Shown in pieces: positions 28,393-38,044 of a stretch of 64,000 bases of DNA; position 1 is the first letter of the stretch; every line of letters starts with the position of its first letter. The DNA lies in sequence record MT446421.1; one strand, 5' to 3'. The notes beneath the pieces were generated by a model that was not told where the DNA came from, searched no databases, and worked only from the letters and a program-made list of their open reading frames with translations. This stretch comes from Escherichia virus TH55. The position numbers were made by a program, and so were the translations under genes.

Positions 28393-28687
28393 TTACGATT
28401 TCCCAAATTTGTTTGCGAGTAGTTTCCCACATCAACTTAATCAGGTCTTCCGTAACTGGTTGGCGGTAAATTCCACGCAGTTTAACTAAAGCATATTTGT
28501 ATGCTTCAAAATTGTTTTCCAGCACTGCCCCTTGAGCATGCTTATTCAGTCGTGCAATTTCACGAGCATTCTTTTTCAGAATCTTTGCCGCTTGACTCTG
28601 TGCTTCGAGTGCGTTCGCTTCTTCGAGACGTTCCTGTGCTTCTTCAATCTGCTTATCGGTCAGTTGAGAAATATCTGGAGCTTGCAT
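28376..28687 (-). CDS. hypothetical coiled-coil protein
   Basis: 103-aa ORF. Confidence 0.5.
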   Translation of the reverse strand: MQAPDISQLTDKQIEEAQERLEEANALEAQSQAAKILKKNAREIARLNKHAQGAVLENNFEAYKYALVKLRGIYRQPVTEDLIKLMWETTRKQIWEIVNGISK

Positions 28688-28688
28688 A

Positions 28689-28940
28689 TTAATCCTTGGG
28701 AGTTAACTCAATTGTAAAATATAGATTAGCATTATCTACATGATAACGGTAATCAACGTTATTATCCGGTGAAGTAAATTCCAGATTCCGGACGTTTAAA
28801 GGGTCGATATCAATTGGAAGACCTTTTATGTCTCGCAGATAAAGTTTAATGAAATATGGGAGCGCAGTAAAGTCTTCCTCGATTTTATCTAAAAAATCGG
28901 TAATATCAAATTGATGTTCCATATAAAAAATCCAAATCAC
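28689..28940 (-). CDS. hypothetical protein
   Basis: 83-aa ORF; 5' end overlaps gene 55, start uncertain. Confidence 0.45.
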   Translation of the reverse strand: MIWIFYMEHQFDITDFLDKIEEDFTALPYFIKLYLRDIKGLPIDIDPLNVRNLEFTSPDNNVDYRYHVDNANLYFTIELTPKD

Positions 28941-29463
28941 CTTCTTTATCTTTGGCGCTCTTATCAGACCCTGGCGCTTTAACTAAAGAGGATTCGTACT
29001 GTGTCATTTTGTCATAGATGTCCTGGATAAATGTTTCATCAGCCAGAGCCACCATATCGTCATCACGTGAATCATACACGTTATGGACGAAGTAGCTATA
29101 TTTCTTTGCCATTTCTTTACGTTCTTTTTTGATACGCTGAACGAAAGCATTGAAGCAAGCCATTGTTATGTAAGCATGTGGATTATCGTATTTTGTTTCG
29201 TCGAAGTTGTGAAGACCTTTTATTGCGGCCTCAATTCCGTCTGCAATCATTTCTTGCTTCCAGGATTGGGTATATCCGGAGAAGTTGAAACGTTTGCTAA
29301 GACCTTCGGCTATAAGCATAATTGCCAGACCAATAACGTCGTTCTGGCGAATAATTTTATTCGGGTCGGTGTTCGCATTCAGCTTCTGTTTCCACTCCGA
29401 AATAGCTTTCAGAAGCTCTTTATTATTTACATAGTTATTCTTGGTTAATTTAATTTCGTTCAT
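28906..29463 (-). CDS. 55: late-transcription sigma factor gp55
   Basis: 185 aa; NYVNNKELL...[36 protein letters not shown] matches recalled T4 gp55. Confidence 0.9.
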   Translation of the reverse strand: MNEIKLTKNNYVNNKELLKAISEWKQKLNANTDPNKIIRQNDVIGLAIMLIAEGLSKRFNFSGYTQSWKQEMIADGIEAAIKGLHNFDETKYDNPHAYITMACFNAFVQRIKKERKEMAKKYSYFVHNVYDSRDDDMVALADETFIQDIYDKMTQYESSLVKAPGSDKSAKDKEGDLDFLYGTSI

Positions 29464-29511
29464 ATCGCCTCGCTTAGTATATGAATATTATATCATCCTT
29501 AATACAAAGCA

Positions 29512-29778
29512 TTAGCGAAGTAAACAGTAAGCCTGAAAGACCTTCTCCATAATTGCCTTAAATTCATGAATGTCAATATAAGGGATAACCTCGGCATCGC
29601 TAATGAATTCCATCAGGCGGTCATGTTCGTTGCGGTATTGCCCTTCATTCAGCATACTAATATGGGACTCCCAAGAGCCGTACCCTTCTGCGTGCGGGAA
29701 GAATGTTATTTTCATAAATTCATCCACCCAAAACGTTCCCAGGTCCTGGACGGATATCATTGTATGATTGATGTGCAT
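29512..29778 (-). CDS. hypothetical protein
   Basis: 88-aa ORF. Confidence 0.45.
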   Translation of the reverse strand: MHINHTMISVQDLGTFWVDEFMKITFFPHAEGYGSWESHISMLNEGQYRNEHDRLMEFISDAEVIPYIDIHEFKAIMEKVFQAYCLLR

Positions 29779-30044
29779 CAGTACACCATCTGAGCAGCTT
29801 CTAAAACATCGTCAAGCTTATCAAACTGGTCAACATAATCAATCCCACCTACTTCATCTTTAGCATACAACCAATACTGATGAAATTCATATTCAATAAT
29901 AAAGTGGTCACCTTCAATCTGGAGGACACCAACATCATTGACACAAACAGCATAACCTGCCAGACGTACATCATTCAGGAGTTCTTCTTTCATAGCAATC
30001 ATTTCCAGGTTTTTCTCATAATGAGAGAGTTTAATTTTAATCAT
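29778..30044 (-). CDS. hypothetical protein
   Basis: 88-aa ORF. Confidence 0.45.
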   Translation of the reverse strand: MIKIKLSHYEKNLEMIAMKEELLNDVRLAGYAVCVNDVGVLQIEGDHFIIEYEFHQYWLYAKDEVGGIDYVDQFDKLDDVLEAAQMVY

Positions 30045-30294
30045 TTAAGTAGTCCAGGAATTCGTCTAATGTCATACCTTCCCCCCAAGCTTCCCAAGCA
30101 TCGATTTTAGTGTACTTGGTTTTAGTACACATAGGATAGATTCTGAATTCATATCCCATTGAAATGAAATAATTTAAAATCCTTTGTAAATAGTAACCGT
30201 GACTAATTTTATGAGCTCGGCGAATTCCATTAGCATACTTGTAAGATACTATTACCGCAACACCTTCAGGTAATTCAATAGCAGGACACATCAT
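30037..30294 (-). CDS. hypothetical protein
   Basis: 85-aa ORF. Confidence 0.45.
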   Translation of the reverse strand: MMCPAIELPEGVAVIVSYKYANGIRRAHKISHGYYLQRILNYFISMGYEFRIYPMCTKTKYTKIDAWEAWGEGMTLDEFLDYLND

Positions 30295-30617
30295 TTCGCA
30301 CCCTTAACAATTTTCAGGTCAACAAACCCCTTCTTGCGCTGGGCCTTCATACGCTTGATAGCTTTATCAGAAACTTCTTTGTTTTCACGCAGAAGCGGTA
30401 AACCAAACGCTACTACATCAAATTCATTCAGGATATACTGGACAAGGCTTTCACGAATACGCGCTTTGCCCATTGTCTGACCTTCTGCAATAATCAGTTT
30501 CTGTACATCGCCTTCCCACTGGTCCAGAATCTCAGGAGTAACAAAACCAGATTTCATCAGAGTGTTAACTTTAGCAAATGCGAAATTAGCGATGATGTTA
30601 GTGATAGATGCAGTCAT
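30291..30617 (-). CDS. hypothetical protein
   Basis: 108-aa ORF. Confidence 0.5.
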   Translation of the reverse strand: MTASITNIIANFAFAKVNTLMKSGFVTPEILDQWEGDVQKLIIAEGQTMGKARIRESLVQYILNEFDVVAFGLPLLRENKEVSDKAIKRMKAQRKKGFVDLKIVKGAK

Positions 30618-30689
30618 GATATATTCCTCAGTCTCATTAAATTAAAATTTTATTATCCTAGGGTCATTATACCATGACCCCGTTGGTTT

Positions 30690-30887
30690 TTACTGCGCTT
30701 TAGCGCCTTTCCAGCCTTCGTACATCAATGCGGCCGATAATAATATTGTTCCTGCACATTTTGAATAATAGAGATTCCAAAACCAGTTCAGAAAAACTTC
30801 ATCATCAATACCTTGAGCTATCATATTTTCAAAGAACTGACGACGAGATTCAGCAATTCGCTGTGATAATTTAGATTCAGGATTCAT
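30690..30887 (-). CDS. hypothetical protein
   Basis: 65-aa ORF. Confidence 0.45.
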   Translation of the reverse strand: MNPESKLSQRIAESRRQFFENMIAQGIDDEVFLNWFWNLYYSKCAGTILLSAALMYEGWKGAKAQ

Positions 30888-31019
30888 TTAAATTTTCCAG
30901 TTACCGTTTTCATCAATAAATTTAATCCAGTCATTTACTGACCACTTAGTTGTATCGCCTTTTGGAGCAGAATTTAAAGCGTATAATCCTTGTTTAAAAA
31001 GCATTCGTTTGATATTCAT
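30888..31019 (-). CDS. small protein (43 aa)
   Basis: ORF 30888..31112 trimmed to ATG 31017-31019 with GAGGA SD. Confidence 0.35.
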   Translation of the reverse strand: MNIKRMLFKQGLYALNSAPKGDTTKWSVNDWIKFIDENGNWKI

Positions 31020-31026
31020 GTTTTCC

Positions 31027-31320
31027 TCAGCTGTAACGATAGCACTCGTTTGATTTACGTTTTGCAACAAGATGAGAAGTATTATAATCCAAATCATCCT
31101 CAACGTATACATCTTTTTTCAACTGACGAACTTCTTTACGCAGTTGACGATTCATCTCATTCTTGACTTCTGAATCAACGCCACGCATACGCTTCCATTT
31201 GTCTGAACGGAAGATATTTTCGTTTAAAGTTTCTTCTGATACACCATCAGGCGCTTTACGTCTAGCTATGCAATTAAAATCTTTAGAAGACAAATCTTTA
31301 CGACGAATAGTTTTACCCAT
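31027..31320 (-). CDS. hypothetical basic protein
   Basis: 97-aa ORF. Confidence 0.45.
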   Translation of the reverse strand: MGKTIRRKDLSSKDFNCIARRKAPDGVSEETLNENIFRSDKWKRMRGVDSEVKNEMNRQLRKEVRQLKKDVYVEDDLDYNTSHLVAKRKSNECYRYS

Positions 31321-31322
31321 AG

Positions 31323-31577
31323 TTACCTCAACAGTTTGTATCCAATAAGATTTTTAATGTACTGAATATCTTTGACATCCAAATCCAACTTAAGGTCTTT
31401 CAGACGGTCGCACAGGGTCAAAAAGGTTACATGCTTCCAATTCTTCACTGGGCAACAATAAGTCTTAGGACCATTTGCAATTTCAATATTCTTATCAGTG
31501 ACGGTGAGAAAAATTAGGCGCTCATCATCCAGATTAAGGGTAATGATATTTTTCATTGAGTGTAATTTCAGGCTCAT
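31323..31577 (-). CDS. hypothetical protein
   Basis: 84-aa ORF. Confidence 0.45.
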   Translation of the reverse strand: MSLKLHSMKNIITLNLDDERLIFLTVTDKNIEIANGPKTYCCPVKNWKHVTFLTLCDRLKDLKLDLDVKDIQYIKNLIGYKLLR

Positions 31578-31750
31578 AATTTAATTTCCTTAGCTATCGA
31601 ACAAAACACTCCACGGTCACAAATCATTTTAATACCAAGGTCAATTATGGTATACCACACATCCAGGCTAGATATTTCAGTTACTAAAACAGCTTTGCCG
31701 TTGATTGAATAATACTGGTTGACTTTAATTTCTTTATCTTCAATAACCAT
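31574..31750 (-). CDS. small protein (58 aa)
   Basis: ORF 31574..31828 trimmed: upstream part is the promoter/leader motif; ATG 31748-31750 with GAGGA SD. Confidence 0.45.
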   Translation of the reverse strand: MVIEDKEIKVNQYYSINGKAVLVTEISSLDVWYTIIDLGIKMICDRGVFCSIAKEIKL

Positions 31751-31781
31751 TTTGTTTTCCTCATCAGTAGTTGATGGGATA

Positions 31782-31810
31782 ATGATACACCGTTCAAAGG
31801 GGCTTGTACA
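31782..31810 (-). promoter_or_regulatory. early-type promoter
   Basis: -35 TGTACA 31805-31810, 17 bp, -10 TATCAT 31782-31787. Confidence 0.55.
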
Positions 31811-31817
31811 CCCCTTT

Positions 31818-32135
31818 TTAATCTTCAATTAAGTCCTGGTCGTACCCCAGGGATATCAGTTTTGTTTTAAAGGCAGGAATATTGGTCATTTTTTCATCAT
31901 TGACAAAAATCACCGGGTAACGAATGTTAAGAGTAGGATATCCACCACGCTTAGCCAAAGACACGATTAAAGGCCTGTCATAAGCGATTTCAGAGCCTTG
32001 TTTGTTAAGGACTGAATAGAATGTATAAGGAAGGTTTAAGGAGCCCAGAAGGCTCCTGACGTGCATACAACCAGGGCATCGACCGACTTCTTCGGGGATA
32101 CCATAGATTTCAATCTTAGTCGAGTTTTGGCCCAC
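31818..32135 (-). CDS. nrdH: glutaredoxin/NrdH-like redoxin
   Basis: 105 aa; CPGC active-site motif; adjacent to nrdG/nrdD. Confidence 0.6.
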   Translation of the reverse strand: MGQNSTKIEIYGIPEEVGRCPGCMHVRSLLGSLNLPYTFYSVLNKQGSEIAYDRPLIVSLAKRGGYPTLNIRYPVIFVNDEKMTNIPAFKTKLISLGYDQDLIED

Positions 32136-32415
32136 AGGAAATCACTCCTTGGTAGTTCCAGGTTTTAATAACTTCTTCATCGCTGGCGGTTGCATACGGG
32201 ACATAAACCTGAATAAGGAAACCTGTGTCATCGAAAGAGAAATAAACCGTCGGTTTGATTCCATGAATCTCAGATAGAGCATAGATATCTTTAAGGTCTT
32301 CTTCTTTATCAGCAAAGAATTTCGGGTCCAAGTCACAGTCATGGAAGTACCATTCATCACCGAACTTGTCCCATGCGGTCCAATTAGTAGCTACATATTC
32401 TTCGAAACGTTTCAT
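32116..32415 (-). CDS. hypothetical protein
   Basis: 99-aa ORF. Confidence 0.45.
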   Translation of the reverse strand: MKRFEEYVATNWTAWDKFGDEWYFHDCDLDPKFFADKEEDLKDIYALSEIHGIKPTVYFSFDDTGFLIQVYVPYATASDEEVIKTWNYQGVISCGPKLD

Positions 32416-32651
32416 TCTTTCACCTTCATCATTTTAGCAATAACACTATGGACAGCCTGGATTCGTTTGTCGAACTCAGACCCTTCAAGGCCCTTTTCAG
32501 TACTCAGGGCACCAATCATCACAAACAGCAATCCAAATGGGATAACCAGGATTAAAAGGCACACAATAAACAGGACAAATGTAATATTGGCCAGGATATC
32601 AGAAACAGCATTACGAAATTTATTCATATTTACCCTTAATTGATTAACCAA
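32412..32651 (-). CDS. small membrane protein
   Basis: 79 aa; central hydrophobic helix. Confidence 0.45.
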   Translation of the reverse strand: MVNQLRVNMNKFRNAVSDILANITFVLFIVCLLILVIPFGLLFVMIGALSTEKGLEGSEFDKRIQAVHSVIAKMMKVKE

Positions 32652-32741
32652 GCATTGATAAGCACTAAACTATACTGCGAATAAAATTCTGGACCAAAAT
32701 GAAAAATCATATCATTTATAGTATCCATAATATAATTAAAT

Positions 32742-33212
32742 TTAATCATGTTTCCACACCCCATCGGTATTTGACCAAAGTCGCTGATTATCTGACCCTC
32801 GCCACAGTTTTTTGGTCGGAAGATTTTTCTCATACTTCCCATCAATAATAACATCAACATATTTAAGCATTTCTAGTTGTTTAATATCTTCAAACTTATA
32901 TCCTGTCCACATCCAAATGCTTTTATTTGGATAAAGATTTTTAACAGTTTGAACCACAGAGTGAATAACATCTCGGTTATCAGGATAGAGAGGGTCTCCT
33001 CCAGTTATAGTTAATCCTTCTATATAATCATTATTCAAACATTCAATTAATTGTTCTAGTGTTTCACCAGTGAATGGAACCCCATTTCTAGCATTCCATG
33101 TTGATTTATTATAACACCCTTCACATTTATGCAAACAACCTGTAACGAAAAGAACGACCCTGCATCCAGGGCCATTCACAAAATCACAAGGATAAAATCT
33201 ATCATAATTCAT
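32742..33212 (-). CDS. nrdG: anaerobic ribonucleotide reductase activase NrdG (radical SAM)
   Basis: 156 aa; CxxxCxxC cluster CLHKCEGC. Confidence 0.85.
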   Translation of the reverse strand: MNYDRFYPCDFVNGPGCRVVLFVTGCLHKCEGCYNKSTWNARNGVPFTGETLEQLIECLNNDYIEGLTITGGDPLYPDNRDVIHSVVQTVKNLYPNKSIWMWTGYKFEDIKQLEMLKYVDVIIDGKYEKNLPTKKLWRGSDNQRLWSNTDGVWKHD

Positions 33213-35026
33213 TGGTGTTTAACCCTATGCATGATTTCTTTATTTTTGCCGAGATTAAATCCACGTTCGTTCGGATTTCCCAAATAACCGCAAGTTCTTC
33301 TTATTGTGTTCATCTTTTTAGGGTCAGTTTCTCCACAAATAGAACAAACAAATCCGTTTTCAGTAGGAGTCATTTCATGGGTACTTCCACACGTAAAACA
33401 TTTATCTACTGGCATATTAACACCAAAATAATCTAAATGTTGCGCGGCATAATCCCATACAGCCTCAAGACCTTTTAAGTTATTTTTCATATCAGGAAGT
33501 TCAACATAAGAAATGTGACCACCTGTCGCAATGAAATGATATGGGGCTTCGCGAGAAATCTTTTCAAACGGAGTAATATTTTCTTCTACTGAAACGTGGA
33601 AACTGTTAGTGTACCATCCTTTATCGGTAACATCTTTTACACTTCCATATTTTTCAGTATCAAGTTTACAGAAGCGATAACAAAGGTTTTCAGCAGGTGT
33701 AGAATACAAACTAAAAGCAAAACCGGTTCTTTCAGTCCACTGCTTAAGACGAGCATTCATTTTAGTTAAAATTTCTTGCCCAATATCACGACCGGCAAGA
33801 ATATTCAATTCGTGAATACCAATGTATCCCAAAGACACTGAACTTCTACCGTTTTTAAATAACTCAATTATATCATCATCAGGTTTAAGACGAACCCCGA
33901 ATGCACCTTCTTGGTAAAGAATAGGAGCAACAGTCGCTTTAACTCCTTTTAAAGAACTAATTCTACACATCAAAGCTTCAAAACACAAATCCATTCGCTC
34001 ATTGAACAATTCGATAAATTTCTGTTCATTGAACTGTGTTCCAATATAAGAATCTAACGCAATGCGAGGAAGATTCAGTGTTACAACACCAAGATTATTA
34101 CGTCCATCAAGAATTTCATTACCAGTCGAATCTTTCCATACGCCCAAGAAACTACGGCAACCCATTGGAGAAACAGGAATAGATGAACCAGTGATAGCTT
34201 TATTGTTCTTAGCTGAAATAATATCAGGATACATTCTTTTGCTTGCACACTCTAGAGCAAGCTGCTTAATATCATAGTTCGGGTCGTCTTTATAAAGATT
34301 AACACCTTCTTCAACGAACATAACAAGTTTAGGGAAAATAGGAGTTATCCCATCGCGACCAAGACCTTTGATACGATTTTTCAGAATTGCTTTCTGAATC
34401 ATTCGTTCAGTCCAGTCAGTTCCCGTGCCAAACGTAATTGTCACAAAAGGCGTTTGCCCATTTGAACTAAAGAGCGTATTTACTTCATATTCATAAGCTT
34501 GGAATGCATCGTATACGTCTTTTTCTGTTTTAGATTGGGCATAATTCAATGCATCAGTGATTTGCCATTTTTCTGCATCTTCAATATGTTTTGCGTATGT
34601 ACGTTTAACATAAGGAGAAAATACTTTGTCTACATTAGCAAAAGTCGTTCCGCCATATTGGTGAGAAGCAACCTGTGCAGTAATTTGTGCCATAATTGCA
34701 GTAGCAACACCGATTGATTTAGGAGTTTCAATCTGTGCATTACCAAGCTTAAATCCGTTCTCAAGCATTCCTTTTAAATCTACTAAACAGCAATTAGTAA
34801 ATGGAAGAGCAGGGGAATAATCAATATCATGGAAATGAATAATTCCACTTTCATGTGCTTTCATAATAAAAGACGCGACCATATTTTTGGCAATGTGTTT
34901 AGATACAATACCAGCCATAAGGTCCCGTTGAGTTGGAAAAACACGAGAATCTTTATTAGCATTCTCGTTTAAAAGGTCTTTATTAGTTTTATGAATCAAT
35001 CCTTCAATTTCGTTTTCAATTGTCAT
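33209..35026 (-). CDS. nrdD: anaerobic ribonucleoside-triphosphate reductase NrdD
   Basis: 605 aa; C-terminal glycyl-radical motif RTCGYLG; Cys4 zinc ribbon; uninterrupted (no intron). Confidence 0.9.
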   Translation of the reverse strand: MTIENEIEGLIHKTNKDLLNENANKDSRVFPTQRDLMAGIVSKHIAKNMVASFIMKAHESGIIHFHDIDYSPALPFTNCCLVDLKGMLENGFKLGNAQIETPKSIGVATAIMAQITAQVASHQYGGTTFANVDKVFSPYVKRTYAKHIEDAEKWQITDALNYAQSKTEKDVYDAFQAYEYEVNTLFSSNGQTPFVTITFGTGTDWTERMIQKAILKNRIKGLGRDGITPIFPKLVMFVEEGVNLYKDDPNYDIKQLALECASKRMYPDIISAKNNKAITGSSIPVSPMGCRSFLGVWKDSTGNEILDGRNNLGVVTLNLPRIALDSYIGTQFNEQKFIELFNERMDLCFEALMCRISSLKGVKATVAPILYQEGAFGVRLKPDDDIIELFKNGRSSVSLGYIGIHELNILAGRDIGQEILTKMNARLKQWTERTGFAFSLYSTPAENLCYRFCKLDTEKYGSVKDVTDKGWYTNSFHVSVEENITPFEKISREAPYHFIATGGHISYVELPDMKNNLKGLEAVWDYAAQHLDYFGVNMPVDKCFTCGSTHEMTPTENGFVCSICGETDPKKMNTIRRTCGYLGNPNERGFNLGKNKEIMHRVKHQ

Positions 35027-35496
35027 TTTAAACTCTTTCTAAGCTGCTTCTTAAATGAAGCCATTAATTGTGTTTTGGTGTCAGATTCATTATAAGTCAT
35101 ACCATTCAAAAGCATTTCCCGAATCATTTCTTCTTTCCCCAGACGACCGAACTCTTTGGCTTTGTCTGTTACAAAATTGGGGTGAATATTGTTTTCGGTA
35201 TAATCAGATTTCAGATAGACAAGCAAACTCTCTAACCATTCCAGGTAGTCAACATCGCGACTTTTCAGACCCGAACGGCTGAACTTATGCTTCATTTGTC
35301 CTTCTGTCCCATTGCACAGATTGCATAGTAACCCGCGAACCTTACCAGCTTTTGGCCCGTTCAATTCGTGGTCATGGTCAAGATGGTTGGCCTGAACATC
35401 GGAGTCCAAATCACGGTGGCAAATTGGACACTTACCAGCTTGTGCATCATAAAGTTTTTGTTTTTCTTCTTTGTATAATTTGCCAGTCAACAACAT
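35023..35496 (-). CDS. 49: recombination endonuclease VII gp49
   Basis: 157 aa; zinc-binding CPICHRDL...HLDHDH...CNLCN. Confidence 0.85.
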   Translation of the reverse strand: MLLTGKLYKEEKQKLYDAQAGKCPICHRDLDSDVQANHLDHDHELNGPKAGKVRGLLCNLCNGTEGQMKHKFSRSGLKSRDVDYLEWLESLLVYLKSDYTENNIHPNFVTDKAKEFGRLGKEEMIREMLLNGMTYNESDTKTQLMASFKKQLRKSLK

Positions 35497-35531
35497 AATA
35501 AACCCTTACCATTATTAGATAAGGGTATTTA

Positions 35532-35708
35532 TTAAATCTTATAAAACGCGCGGTGTAACCGTTTAAATTGACGAATCATCTTTTTAGTAGGACGAGTATA
35601 CAATCCTACACAGGTGGCCATAAACTGGTCGGTAGGACTTCCTTTAATAAGAAGTTTCCAGACCTTGACACCATTTAACTTTTCGGTATAGACTAATGCA
35701 GTTTTCAT
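35532..35708 (-). CDS. small basic protein, PTKRQIR family (58 aa)
   Basis: Not in ORF track; ...RPTKKMIRQFKRLHR; ATGA overlap with upstream stop. Confidence 0.4.
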   Translation of the reverse strand: MKTALVYTEKLNGVKVWKLLIKGSPTDQFMATCVGLYTRPTKKMIRQFKRLHRAFYKI

Positions 35709-36007
35709 GCGACCTCAAATTCATTATCATCGTTAGTCCAAAAACACCAGAATGAAGCTTTAGTATCTTCAAACATTTCTTTAGTGTATTCGTATACCTT
35801 ACCATTGAATTCGATAGCAGTTACGCCAATGATTTCAGGATTGCCCCATGGAGAAATCTCCACCTTCAAGATTTTAACTTCAGCACCTTCACAGAGCTCG
35901 CCTGACTCAAAACCGCGATTGCCGTTTAATTCAGGCCAGTCAACATAATGGTCAACATCTTCTTCAGTAATACGAACAGTTTTACCTTCAAATTCAAATA
36001 AATTCAT
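35705..36007 (-). CDS. hypothetical acidic protein
   Basis: 100-aa ORF. Confidence 0.5.
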   Translation of the reverse strand: MNLFEFEGKTVRITEEDVDHYVDWPELNGNRGFESGELCEGAEVKILKVEISPWGNPEIIGVTAIEFNGKVYEYTKEMFEDTKASFWCFWTNDDNEFEVA

Positions 36008-36180
36008 CAGAAGGCCTCATCAGCAAAGCGAAGTTGAGCTTCAAGCCAATGGATATAATCCGCCGCGGCAAAAATTAAAGCAGATTCTTCATCAGGTAAC
36101 TTACGGGAATCCGACAGTTCATAAAGTGATTTTTCAATCAGGCGGCCTTTATGACGGCCAATTTCAATTTTGGTACTCAT
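36007..36180 (-). CDS. small protein (57 aa)
   Basis: Not in ORF track; stop overlaps downstream ATG. Confidence 0.3.
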   Translation of the reverse strand: MSTKIEIGRHKGRLIEKSLYELSDSRKLPDEESALIFAAADYIHWLEAQLRFADEAF

Positions 36181-36297
36181 ATCCAAACTCCATATCGATT
36201 AAATCATTGTTTGAAGGTTCATTATAATCTATTTCGGAATCGTTGTAAACAGGTTCCTCTGGCTCGACGGTTTCCCATCGAGCGGTATACCATGGTT

Positions 36298-36618
36298 TTA
36301 TAGCGTAATCCATTCTCTGATAGTTTGGGTTACGACACGTTCTTGGAGCTTAACCAGTTCAACAGTCGGGACCATATGGTCCCAGTCGGTATGATAAGAA
36401 CCGGTACGAGTTTCGTTTACAGCCACATGCACATTATGTTTTTTGCTGAAATAAATTGCCTGGCGATATTGGTATTTGCCGGTTTGTGTCCATTCGCCTA
36501 ATTCAACCGGAACCAGGTAGTCCGAAAATTCAAACTCGTATGATTCAGTAAACGCATCATGGTCTTCAATGATTTCGCTTAAAACAGCATCAACATCTAA
36601 TTCATTTTCAATAGTCAT
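36298..36618 (-). CDS. hypothetical acidic protein
   Basis: 106-aa ORF. Confidence 0.5.
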   Translation of the reverse strand: MTIENELDVDAVLSEIIEDHDAFTESYEFEFSDYLVPVELGEWTQTGKYQYRQAIYFSKKHNVHVAVNETRTGSYHTDWDHMVPTVELVKLQERVVTQTIREWITL

Positions 36619-36923
36619 TGGTCACTCCAATAGCTTGATACTTCAAAATCAGGCTCGCCGTCGTCCCAGTACCAGGGACCCACCGGATGCCAATCGCCAT
36701 GCTTATCTTCTTCATATTCTATAGATTCAAGCCCAACGTATTGCCATTGGACTTCATAAGCAGTGCCACCAATTACAACAGTGTTCTCACCATACGGGTT
36801 AGCCACAGCAAAGTCAATACCTTCTTCCTTTGCCAGGGCGACCATGTATTCGTATAGTTTATATTCCAGGTCGTCTTCGTTGCCATCGCCCAGATAAATT
36901 GTTTGTCCGTCTAATTCACTCAT
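36615..36923 (-). CDS. hypothetical acidic protein
   Basis: 102-aa ORF. Confidence 0.5.
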   Translation of the reverse strand: MSELDGQTIYLGDGNEDDLEYKLYEYMVALAKEEGIDFAVANPYGENTVVIGGTAYEVQWQYVGLESIEYEEDKHGDWHPVGPWYWDDGEPDFEVSSYWSDQ

Positions 36924-37096
36924 AATTCCACCATAAATTCAAATAACTGGTCGCGTACACAAGTATCAGTCCAACCCCATTCGTTGGCTTCTTCTTTTAA
37001 CCAATCCGGGAGATTTGCCAATACGGTTTCTTTACTAGGCGCAGGAGTATCAAACTCTCTTGCGCAGGTTTTATAAGCCATATCAAATTCGGTCAT
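36920..37096 (-). CDS. small acidic protein (58 aa)
   Basis: Not in ORF track; ATGA overlap with downstream start. Confidence 0.3.
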   Translation of the reverse strand: MTEFDMAYKTCAREFDTPAPSKETVLANLPDWLKEEANEWGWTDTCVRDQLFEFMVEL

Positions 37097-37260
37097 TTAA
37101 AGTTCCAGAATGAAGCACCAACCAGAAATAAAGGCCAACAAATCATAGACGTCAGCCACCAGCAAAAGTCACCTGCACCGAAATCATCTAATTTAGCTAG
37201 GGTCTTAGCATAACCAATACCGATGATAAGATACAAAACACCCAACGATAATTCAATCAT
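37093..37260 (-). CDS. small membrane protein (55 aa)
   Basis: Not in ORF track; ATG overlaps nrdC stop; two hydrophobic segments. Confidence 0.3.
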   Translation of the reverse strand: MIELSLGVLYLIIGIGYAKTLAKLDDFGAGDFCWWLTSMICWPLFLVGASFWNFK

Positions 37261-37520
37261 TTAAAATATTCTCGCAGTTGGTCAAAGCCGCCAATATGAC
37301 TTCCGTCAGGAGCAAATACTTGCGGCATGGTCAAACCAATTTGAGATTCGCGACCAAGTGCAGCCAGGAGTTGGGCAATCTTCTCATCATCAAACACACC
37401 TTTTTCTGGCATAACGTTGATGAACTCGTAAGGTTGTTTTTTAACATCCAAAAAACGTTTTGCATTATCGCAGAATACACAGCGATGAATAGATGAATCA
37501 TAACCATATACTTTAAACAT
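37257..37520 (-). CDS. nrdC: thioredoxin/glutaredoxin NrdC
   Basis: 87 aa; near-colinear with recalled T4 NrdC (MFKVYGYDS..C.(F/Y)CDNAKR). Confidence 0.85.
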   Translation of the reverse strand: MFKVYGYDSSIHRCVFCDNAKRFLDVKKQPYEFINVMPEKGVFDDEKIAQLLAALGRESQIGLTMPQVFAPDGSHIGGFDQLREYFK

Positions 37521-37521
37521 A

Positions 37522-37779
37522 TTATTCCTTAATTCCTAATACTTGTTTGAAGGTCTCAGTATAATCGGGGTATTGACCGGTTTGTTCTTTATGTTTGACC
37601 ATAATACCATAAACTTCTGAACGCATATTATTATATGAACGAGTTAAAGCAGATTTCAATACTGAATAACTATCCGGAAGTTTACCGTGTTCTTTATAAT
37701 AGGCCAGAGTTAATTCACGGACCGCCTTATCAGCAGTCTCAAGATATTCTTTACGCTTTGCCATTTTCGTCTCGCTCAA
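37522..37779 (-). CDS. hypothetical protein
   Basis: 85-aa ORF. Confidence 0.45.
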   Translation of the reverse strand: MSETKMAKRKEYLETADKAVRELTLAYYKEHGKLPDSYSVLKSALTRSYNNMRSEVYGIMVKHKEQTGQYPDYTETFKQVLGIKE

Positions 37780-38044
37780 ATTTGTGTTTACAATGTCTGC
37801 ATTTGTAACGAAGAGTACTAGTCTGCCAATGGACTAACTGGACCTGTTCAGTTCCACATTCTGGACAGTTAGGAACGCTCTTAGAAGCACGTTCACGGCG
37901 GCGAACCATAGCCATTACCATATCCCAATCGGGAACCTGACTATAATCATCAGTCCAGTTTATAAGACCTTTATTAAACCCCGCTGCGGGGGTCCATTCT
38001 GGAAATGCAGTTTCTGCAATATCTTCAGCTAAACGTTGTTTCAT
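37751..38044 (-). CDS. zinc-ribbon protein
   Basis: 97 aa; CPECG...CRHCKH Cys4 pattern. Confidence 0.5.
   Translation of the reverse strand: MKQRLAEDIAETAFPEWTPAAGFNKGLINWTDDYSQVPDWDMVMAMVRRRERASKSVPNCPECGTEQVQLVHWQTSTLRYKCRHCKHKFERDENGKA

Noticed and set aside
32636-32860. 74-aa ORF
   Set aside because: Overlaps the 3' half of nrdG in another frame with no SD; likely spurious.
33209-35026. Group I intron in nrdD, as in T4
   Set aside because: The 605-aa reading frame is continuous with no interruption; no intron evident.
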